DNA of 64,000 nucleotides, from contig JBDHAC010000007.1 of NCBI GenBank assembly GCA_039588275.1, positions 18,413-82,412 of the forward strand, given 5' to 3'. The notes beneath the pieces were generated by a model. That model worked only from the letters and a program-made list of their open reading frames with translations, searched no databases and was not told the origin of the DNA. Positions 48,111-57,767 of this stretch are shown one piece after another (position 1 is the first letter of the stretch; each line of letters opens with the position of its first letter). The stretch is from Gemmatimonadota bacterium (GTDB lineage Bacteria; Gemmatimonadota; Gemmatimonadetes; Palauibacterales; Palauibacteraceae). Made by a program: the position numbers and the translations under genes.

Positions 48111-48410
48111 ATGCCCTCCTGCACATCGCCCTGCACATCGCCCCTTCAGACCTTAACATAGGGGCCCGGGCGCGTCCGTAGTATACCGGGACCGGTCTGA
48201 GTTCGTTCCATGCCGCAAGCTGCAGTTCCATGCCGCTGGCTGCACCTTCGGCACGCGAATCTCGGCTCTCGGCCGCGAGTCCTCGCACGTTGGACGAGGC
48301 GCAAACGGCCGGACCACACGTAAGGAACGTCCGGCGGACCCCTTACATGACACCCCGAGGGCGAGAATCGTCACGCCCCGAGAATCAGAGCGGAAGACCC
48401 AAGGATGAAA

Positions 48411-48478
48411 GAAGGCCGCCGCGACGGGGAACCGCGGCGGCCTTCACAGTTGTCAGGAGACGGGGCGCCGAAGCGCCC
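48411..48478 (-). terminator. Terminator region downstream of susD (two hairpins)
   Basis: 13-bp stem GAAGGCCGCCGCG/CGCGGCGGCCTTC (48411-48445) followed by TTTC on minus; preceded by GGGCGC-TTCG-GCGCCC. Confidence 0.7.
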
Positions 48479-48500
48479 ACGCCTCACCAGCACACAGAGC

Positions 48501-50240
48501 CTAGTGAACCTGACTGGGATCGTCGTCACTCCGCTCCATCGCTTGCCGCTGCCGGACCCTCTCGAGGAAGTCCAGCATCCAGGCGGCTCGCTCCAGGGCG
48601 GCGTTCAAGTCACCCGGAACGATGTTCGGGGCCGACCCCGAGCCTCCGCCACCGAAGGTGTAGACGTTTCCGCCACCCAACGGCGGGAAGATCGCCTCCA
48701 CCTCGGAAGCGGGCATCGGATAGTGGACGCCCGTGCCGCTGGGGAGCACCCCCTGCCGGCGCGAAAAGAAGTACTCCAGACCGGCCGACAGGGAGAAGAT
48801 TTCCGTGAAGTGCTCCCAGATGAGCGCGTCGCGCCCATCCCCGCAAGTGCCTGCGACGTCGAAGCGCTTGCGGGGCACGCAGTCGGCTCCACCCGGCACC
48901 GTACCGAAGTCGATCACGGCCGGCAGACCACCGTTACCGACGCGGGTTTTGTTGATCATCGCCACGAAGGTCGCGACGTCGTTCATCTCGAGCGCGGCCT
49001 CGGCCTGATAGAGGTCATGCTCGACCTCCCACAGCTCCGGCAGCGGGCCGTTCTGTGTGGCAACATAGTCGTCCCAGAACATGGCGTGGTATCCCGACTG
49101 CCGGTACGTGCCACGCTCCGCGCGGCCGTTGACGTTGTCCACGTAGCCGTAGTAGGGCGTCCCCATGATGGCGTGCGTCGTCGCGCTCACGTCACCGTCG
49201 GCCGGGGCCGCACCGCCGCCCGGATAACGGTCGTCCGGGATGATCATGCAGCCACCGTTGCACCCCGCATCGGGTGCGGTGCGCTGCACGACCGGGATCG
49301 CCAGCCACGTCTGGTAGCTGCCATCCGTGTTGCCCATCCCAACGAAGTCGATGTGGGCGCGGGTCCAGGTGGCTTCCTCGGAGCCCTGGCGGCGCTTGAG
49401 GTCACCCCGCCAGGGGGCGTTCTCGGACCCGGCGATCGTCAGATCCTGAATGCCCGTCGCCGCGTCAGAGGCGACCTGGCCCCAATTCGTCAGGTTCGTT
49501 TCCGAAGGGAAGCGCGCCACGTTGGCCGCACACCGCGCGCGGTACGAGCGGACCAGGGCCGCAAAGTCCGCCGGATCGAGCACGTTCCCCTTGATCCAGG
49601 TCTCTTCGGTGGGCATACCCATCGCCGACGCCAGGGGCTCGGCCTCGGAGAGCTTACCCAGCGCCCAGGTCATCATCTGATCGTAGGGGACGCGGTCCTC
49701 CCACGTTACCTCCGCGATGACCGTGCTCTCGTCGATGATGAACGCCTGGTCGATGATCATGGCCAGATAGCAGCCGGCCAGACCTTGCGCGAACTTGGCG
49801 AACGCGATCGCCCGCGCGTTGCGCTCGCCGCCCGGTCCGATCTCGAGACCGGCCGCGATCGCGCGCAAGCCGTCGTTCGCCGCCCCGAGAGCGTTGTACG
49901 AGAACTGCCACGGGTCCTCGAACATATACGCGTACGCGTACGAGCTCGTGTTCTTCATCGCCTCGCGAGGCTCACGGCCGTGGTCGTTCATGCCGTAGTT
50001 GCCCCAGGCCGAGCTTCCGTGGCTGGACATCACGTGGGCCGAGGGGCCGAAGTTGCTGTCGTCCTGCAGGATGTCCCACATGGATGCGTACGTGGAGGCG
50101 ATGAGCGACTCCACGTCGTCCGGGGACGCGAGCGCCCGCGCGCGGTCGGCGTCGTTCAGGTTGGTCACGCCCAGCTCGCAACCCGAGACACCCACCGCGA
50201 GCGCGAAGGCGACCGCCGGTAGTATCAATCTCCTAATCAT
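48501..50240 (-). CDS. RagB/SusD-family outer-membrane lipoprotein
   Basis: VSGC lipobox, YNALGAANDGL, AEAAL...INKTR, HYPMPASE; directly downstream of susC. Confidence 0.85.
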   Translation of the reverse strand: MIRRLILPAVAFALAVGVSGCELGVTNLNDADRARALASPDDVESLIASTYASMWDILQDDSNFGPSAHVMSSHGSSAWGNYGMNDHGREPREAMKNTSSYAYAYMFEDPWQFSYNALGAANDGLRAIAAGLEIGPGGERNARAIAFAKFAQGLAGCYLAMIIDQAFIIDESTVIAEVTWEDRVPYDQMMTWALGKLSEAEPLASAMGMPTEETWIKGNVLDPADFAALVRSYRARCAANVARFPSETNLTNWGQVASDAATGIQDLTIAGSENAPWRGDLKRRQGSEEATWTRAHIDFVGMGNTDGSYQTWLAIPVVQRTAPDAGCNGGCMIIPDDRYPGGGAAPADGDVSATTHAIMGTPYYGYVDNVNGRAERGTYRQSGYHAMFWDDYVATQNGPLPELWEVEHDLYQAEAALEMNDVATFVAMINKTRVGNGGLPAVIDFGTVPGGADCVPRKRFDVAGTCGDGRDALIWEHFTEIFSLSAGLEYFFSRRQGVLPSGTGVHYPMPASEVEAIFPPLGGGNVYTFGGGGSGSAPNIVPGDLNAALERAAWMLDFLERVRQRQAMERSDDDPSQVH

Positions 50241-50347
50241 GATCCGATCTTTCTCCCGTTCTCGGTTCCTGTAATCCACTCGCATCTCCACACCGAGCGC
50301 GACGCCGGAGCCAGCCCGTCCGGGCGGCTCCGGCATCCTGCCGAGCG

Positions 50348-53300
50348 TCAGAAGACGATCTCGATCGCTCCGGTGAAGGTGCGGAAGTTCGGATATCGGA
50401 AACGGTCCGTACGACCGAGGGCCGTCGAACCCAGGTCGCTGCCCGAAAACCCGACTTCGGGATCGTAGCCGGTGTAGTCCGTGATCGTGAGCAGATTCCG
50501 GCCGATGAAGCTGATCGTGACGCGATCGACCGCGCCCTTGAACAGGCTCGCCACGGTCGACTGCGGGAGCGAGTAGCCCACCGCCAGCTCACGGATCTTC
50601 AGCCAGTCTCCCTTTTCGATGAAGCGGGAGTTTTCGTCGTTCACGTTGTAGAACTCGGACGTGTAGCCGATGGGCTTTTTGCTGCCCTCGGCTTTCCCGA
50701 GCTGGGAAACCTCCGACCCGCGCAGCTCGCGCAGCGGCCACTGGCGGGTGTTGTTGTAGATGTCCATCCCCACCGAGGCGTCCACGAGCGCGTTGATCGT
50801 CAGACCCTTGTAACGGAAGTTCGTCGCGAAGCTCCCGTTCCAGTCGGGGGTCGTGTTTCCGAGCGGGAGATACTCGACGAGGCCACATTCCTCGTCCGGG
50901 TCCCGGCCCTCTTTCAGCGTCTGGGCTATACAGACGGGATTCTGGTCCTGCACGGCGATCGGGAAGCCCCACGTGAAGGACTCGCCCGCCACATCACCGC
51001 TGGTGCCCCACAATCCCTTCGAGATTCCGTCCGTCCAGGCGTTGCCGGAACCCACGAAGACCAGGTGATTGTCATCGTTGGTCTGGAAGTTGGACGCGCA
51101 GTCGGACGCGCTGATGCCCTGGGGCGCCAGATCGGCGCACGTCGTTGCCCACTTCTTGCCCCACAGCTCGCCGAGAGTACGTCCTTCGGCGATGAAGAAA
51201 GCGCCGTCCGGGTTGCGGTACGGGGCCACGTTGAGCTTGGTGATCTCGTTCCGCGTGCGATCCCAGTTCGCCCGGAAGTTGAGCCCGACGTCCTGGTTGT
51301 CGATCGCGGCCCAGCGCAAGCTGACCTCGTGCGTCGTCGCGGTGATCGTGCCGGCGTTCTGCCACTGGCTCTGGAAGCCGGCAAACGAGGCCTGCGGGAC
51401 CGGCAGCAGCTGGTCCTCCGTGTCCTGCCAGGCGTAGGTGTAGTCGATCCCGAGGCGCTCGAACAGCACGATGTTGATGCCGGCTTCGCGCTCGGTCGAG
51501 AACTCGGGCTTGAGGGCCTTGTTCCCCAGGTTGGTCGGCGTGATCCGCCCCGAGCCCACATCGAAGGTCTCGTACTGGGCCGAGAAGCGCGGACGGCCGC
51601 CCGCGGTCCCCAACGAGAACCGCAGCTTCAGCTCATCCACGAAGCCCACGTTGAACCAGTCTTCCTGCGCCACGCGCCACGCGGCGCTACCGCGGTAGTA
51701 GGTGTTCCACCGCGAGTCGGGGCCGAACAGCGAGGAGCCGTCACGGCGGATCAGACCGTCGATGATGTACTTGCCCCGATAGTCCAGGCTCGCGATTCCG
51801 AAGTAGCCCTGGCCCTTGATCTCTCGGACGGTTCGGTTCCCCTCCGTGGTCTGCTGCTCGAGGGCGCCGAACGTCGGCACGCCGTCGACAATGAAGTTGT
51901 CGGCCTCAACGCCGTTCTCGTTGTACTCCTGGCTCTCCCCGACGTAGCGGGCCTTCGCCCGAACCGTCAGGTTATCGTCCAGGAAGGAGTTGTTGTAGCT
52001 GGCCGTAACCGAGGCCCCGACGGATTCGTCCACCCAGTTGTTGGTGTCGAGGCTACCGCCGGTGAACGTGTTCACGCCGCCCTCGGAGGTCTTCTCGTTC
52101 TTGACCCGCAGGTCGATCGATTCGAAGTCCGTGCGGTCGAAGTTCGCGTTGGCCTCGAGGCTGAACCAATCGGCCGGCGACCAGGTGGCGTCGAAGCTCG
52201 CCATGGTCCGGGTGCGGTAGTCGAAGCTGTCCCGGACGCCCAACTGGTAGAGCGGGTTCTCTTCTGCGGACAGCGGATCGATGTCGATGCGGGGCAGTCC
52301 ATCCGCTGGATCCGCCAAGGTGAGGTCGATCCCCGGCGACATGAAGGTGAGGCCGAAGAACGGGTTGGCCCCCCCCGTCGGTCCGGCCGCGTCATCCTGC
52401 TCCGAGCGCGAGTAGAAGCCGCTCGCGGCGATGTCGACGTTGCCGAACCGGGTGTCCACGTTGAGCCGCGCATTCTGCCGCTCGTACCCTTCACTCTCGA
52501 TCTTCTGCGGGCTGAGCGGATCCAGGCCCTGGGCGGCCCGTTCCGAATTGAGCGTCTGGACATTCGCGTCGCATCGCGAGCACGAGATGACGCCCGATTC
52601 CTTGAACTCCTCGAAGGAGACGCGGAAGCTGGACTCGCCGAAGCGGCCCGTTAACGCGCCGTAGAGCGAGAACGTCTCGCCCGGATCGAAGAACTCGTCG
52701 ATGTGGTCGAAGGCGACGGGCCACGGGTTGTCCGCGAACACCGTCTCGGTCGTCCCGCTCTCGCCATCGATGTTCGTGAAGTCGTCATCGAACTGCGCCG
52801 CCGGGAAGCCCGGCCGGCCCAGGTTGGTGAAGTCGGAGACCTCGACGTCCGCGCCGGACACGCTGCCCAGGAACGCCGTCTGGCCGGAGTTCATCTTGTA
52901 CTGGTGCGCGTTCGTGAGCGCGATGCTGCCCTCGAGCTGATTGATCCCGTACTCGCCGCGCGCCGTCACCTGGAACGTGTTCGTCGCCAGGGTGGTCCCG
53001 CGCTTGGTGGTGATCTGGATCACGCCCTGCCCCGCGCGCGCTCCGTACAGCGAGGCGGCCGCGGCACCCTTCACGATCTCGACGTGGTCGATGTCGAGCG
53101 CACCGATGTCGGCGAGCGTCGCGTTCGCCGATTGTGCCACGCCGTCGATGACGATCAGTGGGCCCTGCGTACGACCCGATGCGTCGATCGACGTCGGACC
53201 CCGCAGGGTGACGTTGGCCGCTGACCCCGGCTGCCCGCTACCGCTAACCACCCGCACGCCGGCGGCCTTCCCCGTGAGGAGGCTCGAGACGTTGGACGTC

Positions 53301-53758
53301 GGGACCGGGATGTCCTGCGAGTCCAGTCGTTCCACCGTGAACGGGAGCTTGACGCGCGGCGTCTCGGCCACGACGCCCGTGACGATGATGTCCTGGAGCC
53401 TGAGTGCGGTCTGCTCGACCACGAAGTCGGCCGTCGCTACCTGGCCGCCGGCTACGGTCACCGTCTGAGAAGATTCCCGGTAGCCGATCAGGCGGACGGT
53501 GACGGTCACCTCACCAGCGGGGACGCCTTCCAGACGGTACGTGCCGCGCTCGCCGGTTAGCGTGCCGACCACCGTTCCCGGGATAAACACCTGAGCGCCG
53601 GCCACGGGCCGGAGCGTCTCCGAGTCGCTCACCGTCCCGGCGACAGCGCCCTGCTGCGCGTACGCCGATCCGGCTCCGACGAGGAGCCAGGCTCCCAGGA
53701 CAGCAGTCAGCAGCGCAACGGCCTTGCTGCTGTACCTTGCTGACCAGTCAGCAAACAT
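50348..53758 (-). CDS. SusC/RagA-family TonB-dependent receptor
   Basis: N-terminal carboxypeptidase-like domain, LRGPTSI, PLIVIDG, VKGAAAASLYGARAGQGVIQITTKRG, RRDGSSLFG, YTGYDPE, terminal Phe. Confidence 0.96.
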   Translation of the reverse strand: MFADWSARYSSKAVALLTAVLGAWLLVGAGSAYAQQGAVAGTVSDSETLRPVAGAQVFIPGTVVGTLTGERGTYRLEGVPAGEVTVTVRLIGYRESSQTVTVAGGQVATADFVVEQTALRLQDIIVTGVVAETPRVKLPFTVERLDSQDIPVPTSNVSSLLTGKAAGVRVVSGSGQPGSAANVTLRGPTSIDASGRTQGPLIVIDGVAQSANATLADIGALDIDHVEIVKGAAAASLYGARAGQGVIQITTKRGTTLATNTFQVTARGEYGINQLEGSIALTNAHQYKMNSGQTAFLGSVSGADVEVSDFTNLGRPGFPAAQFDDDFTNIDGESGTTETVFADNPWPVAFDHIDEFFDPGETFSLYGALTGRFGESSFRVSFEEFKESGVISCSRCDANVQTLNSERAAQGLDPLSPQKIESEGYERQNARLNVDTRFGNVDIAASGFYSRSEQDDAAGPTGGANPFFGLTFMSPGIDLTLADPADGLPRIDIDPLSAEENPLYQLGVRDSFDYRTRTMASFDATWSPADWFSLEANANFDRTDFESIDLRVKNEKTSEGGVNTFTGGSLDTNNWVDESVGASVTASYNNSFLDDNLTVRAKARYVGESQEYNENGVEADNFIVDGVPTFGALEQQTTEGNRTVREIKGQGYFGIASLDYRGKYIIDGLIRRDGSSLFGPDSRWNTYYRGSAAWRVAQEDWFNVGFVDELKLRFSLGTAGGRPRFSAQYETFDVGSGRITPTNLGNKALKPEFSTEREAGINIVLFERLGIDYTYAWQDTEDQLLPVPQASFAGFQSQWQNAGTITATTHEVSLRWAAIDNQDVGLNFRANWDRTRNEITKLNVAPYRNPDGAFFIAEGRTLGELWGKKWATTCADLAPQGISASDCASNFQTNDDNHLVFVGSGNAWTDGISKGLWGTSGDVAGESFTWGFPIAVQDQNPVCIAQTLKEGRDPDEECGLVEYLPLGNTTPDWNGSFATNFRYKGLTINALVDASVGMDIYNNTRQWPLRELRGSEVSQLGKAEGSKKPIGYTSEFYNVNDENSRFIEKGDWLKIRELAVGYSLPQSTVASLFKGAVDRVTISFIGRNLLTITDYTGYDPEVGFSGSDLGSTALGRTDRFRYPNFRTFTGAIEIVF

Positions 53759-54196
53759 GGATCACCCTCCTGTGGCAAGTGGGATCCTTAGACCCGCCTA
53801 TGTATCGGAGAGAGCGAACCTCCCTCCGCCCATCGCGACCGGGTCAGCGCCGCGACGGGGCGAATAGTCCCTTCCGTCTGCTGTCGTTGTACGTCGTCTA
53901 TCTCGATCGCGCGATGCGAAGCGCGATGTCGGTCAGCCTCGGAGATGCACTTCTATGAGAAACGTCCGTGACCGATGGTCCCGGACGGGTGTTGCGGATC
54001 TTCGCTGGCGCGGACCAACGGATATCTGGCCGCGAGGTCCCACTCAGAAGTGTAGCGCGGGTCTTGGGCAATGAACCCACCCCTGAACCGGTTTCAGTTT
54101 CCCTCACCGCGTAACCGACTATGCGGCAATCGGTTATGGCGCACCGACCTGTCTAACGGTCGGTGGCACTCACCCGTCCCCGTTGGATAGTCTTTG

Positions 54197-54225
54197 AATA
54201 TGGGGCTGATGCGAGGGGTGGTCAA
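54197..54225 (-). promoter_or_regulatory. Putative sigma70 promoter for susCD overlapping the tyrS stop
   Basis: TTGACC (54225-54220), 17 nt, CATATT (54202-54197). Confidence 0.5.
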
Positions 54226-55433
54226 GCGATTCGCACCCGTACGAAGCGGCGTTTGCCACGCTGGAGCAAGTACTCCCCCGGGGCGAGGCGGTGATCGCGG
54301 TCCGACACGACCTCTCCCTCGACGCGCACGGCCCCCTGCTCGATGAGGCGCCCGGCCTCCGACGTCGACGTGGCCAGCCCGGCGCGCTTGAGTGCGTGGG
54401 CGATCCATACCGTGCCGGATTCCTCGTCGGCCTCCATCTCCTCGAGCGCTACCTCCGAAGGCGCCTCGCGACGACGGTGCACCCGATCGAACTCCTCGAT
54501 GGCCCGTCGAGCGGCCTCCCCACCGTGGTATATCTCGACGAGATCCCGCGCCAGCCACCGTTTGCACGCCAGCGGATCCCTGTCGGCCTGCTCCAGCCTC
54601 TTCCTCAGGTCCGGTCCCCGTGCGCTGGACACGAGGCGCAGCCACTCGCCCAACAGCGCATCCGGAATGGACATCGTGCGCCCGAAGACCTCGACGGGCG
54701 GCATCGCGATCCCGATGTAGTTGTCGAACGACTTGGACATCTTCCGCTCGCCATCGGTCCCGCGTAGCAGCGGCATGATGAGACAGATCTGCGGTTGCTG
54801 CCCGCTCCGTTCCTGCAGCGTGCGACCCAAGAGGAGGTTGAACTTCTGATCGGTGCCTCCCACCTCCACGTCGGCTTCGAGCGCTACCGAATCGTACGCC
54901 TGCATCATCGGATACATGAACTCGACCAGGCTGATGGGACGGCCGTCTGCCTGACGGGTCGCAAAATCGTCGCGCTCCAGCATGCGGGCGACCGTGTATT
55001 GCGAGGTCAGCCGCAACACGTCCACCAGGGTCAAGGGCGAGAGCCATTCGCTGTTCCGCCGGATCTCGGTCACCTCGGGGTCCAGGACTCGATCCACCTG
55101 CTCGTGGTAGGTGTGCAGGTTGGCCTCGATCTCCTCCTCCGACAGCATGGGGCGCGTCTCGTCCCGGCCGCTCGGGTCGCCCACGCGCGCCGTGAAGTCG
55201 CCCATCACGAACACCACCCGGTGTCCGAGCTCCTGGAAGGTCCGAAGCTTGTGCAGCGAGACGCCGTGGCCGATGTGCAGGTCGGGACGCGTGGGATCGA
55301 ACCCCTGCTTGATCAGCAGCGGGCGATCCTCCGCGCGAGAGCGTTCGAGCTTGGAAACGAGCTCGGCCTCGGGGATGATCTCGACTGCCCCGTCGCGGAT
55401 TCTCTTCAGCTGTTCGTCGACCGGGAGAAACAT
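54222..55433 (-). CDS. tyrS: Tyrosine--tRNA ligase
   Basis: GFDPT...LHIGH, YPMMQAYD, GGTDQKFN, KMSKS, C-terminal S4 domain. Confidence 0.98.
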   Translation of the reverse strand: MFLPVDEQLKRIRDGAVEIIPEAELVSKLERSRAEDRPLLIKQGFDPTRPDLHIGHGVSLHKLRTFQELGHRVVFVMGDFTARVGDPSGRDETRPMLSEEEIEANLHTYHEQVDRVLDPEVTEIRRNSEWLSPLTLVDVLRLTSQYTVARMLERDDFATRQADGRPISLVEFMYPMMQAYDSVALEADVEVGGTDQKFNLLLGRTLQERSGQQPQICLIMPLLRGTDGERKMSKSFDNYIGIAMPPVEVFGRTMSIPDALLGEWLRLVSSARGPDLRKRLEQADRDPLACKRWLARDLVEIYHGGEAARRAIEEFDRVHRRREAPSEVALEEMEADEESGTVWIAHALKRAGLATSTSEAGRLIEQGAVRVEGEVVSDRDHRLAPGEYLLQRGKRRFVRVRIA

Positions 55434-55601
55434 CACCATCCACCGGTGGTATATGAGCGGCGTGCCGCGTGAACATCGCGCACACCCGCAGCCGCCAGGG
55501 CGTCGTCCCTGAAGCGGCGGTTAGGTTAGGATCAGGGACTGCGGCGATCAAGCATTGGCGGCCGTAGCCGGGTCGGATCGAGGATATCGAGGGCGAGCGC
55601 G

Positions 55602-57767
55602 TTGAGACTGAGACAGCGAATCCTGAGACTCTACGATCGCACGTACGGGCGGCTCGGACCGCAGGGGCGCTGGCGCACGAAACTCGCGGCCCTGGCGGTC
55701 GTCGGGTTGGGAACCGGCCTCGGGTGGGGGTCCTGGGCACACCTGTGCGACGCGTGTCCCTCCATCGCCCAGATCTACGCGTTCGAGCCGAAGGAGGCGA
55801 CGCGCCTGTACACGGCCGACGGCAACATCCTCGCCGAGCTGGCCGTCGAGCGCCGCACGCCTATCGACATCCAGAATCTGCCCCGCCACGTGTACGAAGC
55901 GTTCATCGCGGTCGAGGACAAGCGTTTCTGGAAGCACGGAGGTATCGATCCGCGCGGGACCTTCCGGGCCTTCGTGGGCTACGTGCTCCCCGGGTATAGC
56001 GGGGGTGGCGGCAGCACGATCACGCAGCAGCTCGCCGGCAACATGTTCCCCGGCTCCGTGGACCGGCGCGAGATCTCGGTGCGTCGCAAGCTGCGCGAGA
56101 TGCGCGTGTCGATCGCGCTCGAAGGAGCCTACGAGAAGCAGGAGATCCTCGAGGCCTACCTCAACCAGATCAACTTCGACGGCATCTTCGGGGTCCAGGC
56201 GGCAGCGCTCCACTACTTCGCCAAGGACGCGTCTCAGCTGAACCTCCCCGAGGCGGCGACCCTTGCGGCTCTCCCGGTCTCTCCGGCGACCTACAATCCG
56301 GTTCGTCACCCGGAGCGGGCGGTCCGGCGTCGGAACCTGATCCTGGAGCTGATGACCGATCAGGACATGATCACGCGCGCGGAGGCGGAGGCGGCCAAGT
56401 CCTATCCGCTCGAGCTGAGCGTGGGGGCGGATCGCGGCCAGCTTGCCCCCTACTTCGTGGAGTGGGTCAGGCAGATCCTGTATTCCCGGTACGGGACGGA
56501 CGTATACGAGAAGGGGTATCGCGTCTATACGACCCTGGACCCGGAGCTTCAGCTCGTGGCCGATTCCGCGCTGCAGGCTCAGCTGACCTGGGTCGAGGGT
56601 CAACCGGAGTTCCGCGCCCCCACGTACGAGGAAACGCGCGACTGGCCGAGGGACAGCCTGACGCAGGTGGCGGGTGGCGGCGGGCTGATGCCGTACGTGC
56701 AGGGGATGTTCATCGCGCTCGACCCGGCGACCGGGGATGTGCGGGCGTTGATCGGGGGTCGGGATTTTCGGGATTCGGAATTCAACCGGGCCACGCAGGC
56801 GATCCGCCAGCCGGGCTCCGTATTCAAGCCGTTCGTGTACACGGCCGCGATCGCCGCCGGGATCCCCGCGTCCGAGATCATCTTCGACACGCCGATCTTG
56901 ATCGAGAACCCGGGCTCCGATCCGTACTCCCCCAAGAACTTCGGCGACGACTTCAAGGGTCCGATGACCTTGCGGGCAGCGCTCCGCAACTCGATCAACG
57001 TGGTGGCCGTCAAGCTCGGGCAGCGGGTGGGCGAAGAGTCCATGGCGCAGATCGCCAACAGCATGGGGATCGAGTCGGAGGTCCCGCGCGTGCCGTCGGC
57101 GGCCATCGGGGCGGCTTCCGTGAAGCCGATCGAGATCGCGACGGCCTATACGACGTTCGCGAACATGGGCGTGCGCGTCGCGCCGCGGGCGATCCTACGG
57201 ATCGAGAGCAACGACGGCCGCGTGTTGTGGGAGAGTCGGGTTAGCCGCGAGCAGGTGCTCGAGCCACGCGTCTCGTGGGTGATGTTGTCCATGTTGCGAG
57301 ATGCCGTGGACCGCGGGACCGGGCGGTGGGCGATACGGACGCAGGCCGGCATCCCCTTCGAGGTCCCGATCGCCGGCAAGACGGGCACGACGAACTCGGC
57401 GACGGACACGTGGTTCGTGGCGTTCACGCCCGAAATCGTGACCACCAGCTGGGTCGGCTTCGACCTTCCGGCCCGGCTGTACCGGAACGCCCAGGGCGGG
57501 ATCACCGCAGCGCCCGTCGGGGCGGCAGTCCTCGACTGGTACTACGCCGATCGCCCCGCACCCGAGGCCTGGCCACGTCCGCAGGGTCTCGTCAATCGGT
57601 CCGTGGATCAGTCGACGGGGCTCCTGGCCACCGCCTGGTGTCCCGCCGATCTCGTGTACCAGGAAGTGTATCTTCCTGGCACCGAGCCCACGGAGACCTG
57701 CGACGTGCATGGACCGTGGGGGATACGCGAGCGGCCGGACAGCCTGCGGTTCGACGACGGCGGTTAG
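55602..57767 (+). CDS. Class A penicillin-binding protein (PBP1A family)
   Basis: EDKRF, GGSTITQQL, RKLRE, YLNQI; SVFK, SIN, KTGT. Confidence 0.95.
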   Translation: MRLRQRILRLYDRTYGRLGPQGRWRTKLAALAVVGLGTGLGWGSWAHLCDACPSIAQIYAFEPKEATRLYTADGNILAELAVERRTPIDIQNLPRHVYEAFIAVEDKRFWKHGGIDPRGTFRAFVGYVLPGYSGGGGSTITQQLAGNMFPGSVDRREISVRRKLREMRVSIALEGAYEKQEILEAYLNQINFDGIFGVQAAALHYFAKDASQLNLPEAATLAALPVSPATYNPVRHPERAVRRRNLILELMTDQDMITRAEAEAAKSYPLELSVGADRGQLAPYFVEWVRQILYSRYGTDVYEKGYRVYTTLDPELQLVADSALQAQLTWVEGQPEFRAPTYEETRDWPRDSLTQVAGGGGLMPYVQGMFIALDPATGDVRALIGGRDFRDSEFNRATQAIRQPGSVFKPFVYTAAIAAGIPASEIIFDTPILIENPGSDPYSPKNFGDDFKGPMTLRAALRNSINVVAVKLGQRVGEESMAQIANSMGIESEVPRVPSAAIGAASVKPIEIATAYTTFANMGVRVAPRAILRIESNDGRVLWESRVSREQVLEPRVSWVMLSMLRDAVDRGTGRWAIRTQAGIPFEVPIAGKTGTTNSATDTWFVAFTPEIVTTSWVGFDLPARLYRNAQGGITAAPVGAAVLDWYYADRPAPEAWPRPQGLVNRSVDQSTGLLATAWCPADLVYQEVYLPGTEPTETCDVHGPWGIRERPDSLRFDDGG

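Noticed and set aside
55440..55601. T-box leader for tyrS
   Set aside because: Only about 160 nt shared with the divergent PBP gene; no T-box sequence or terminator seen.
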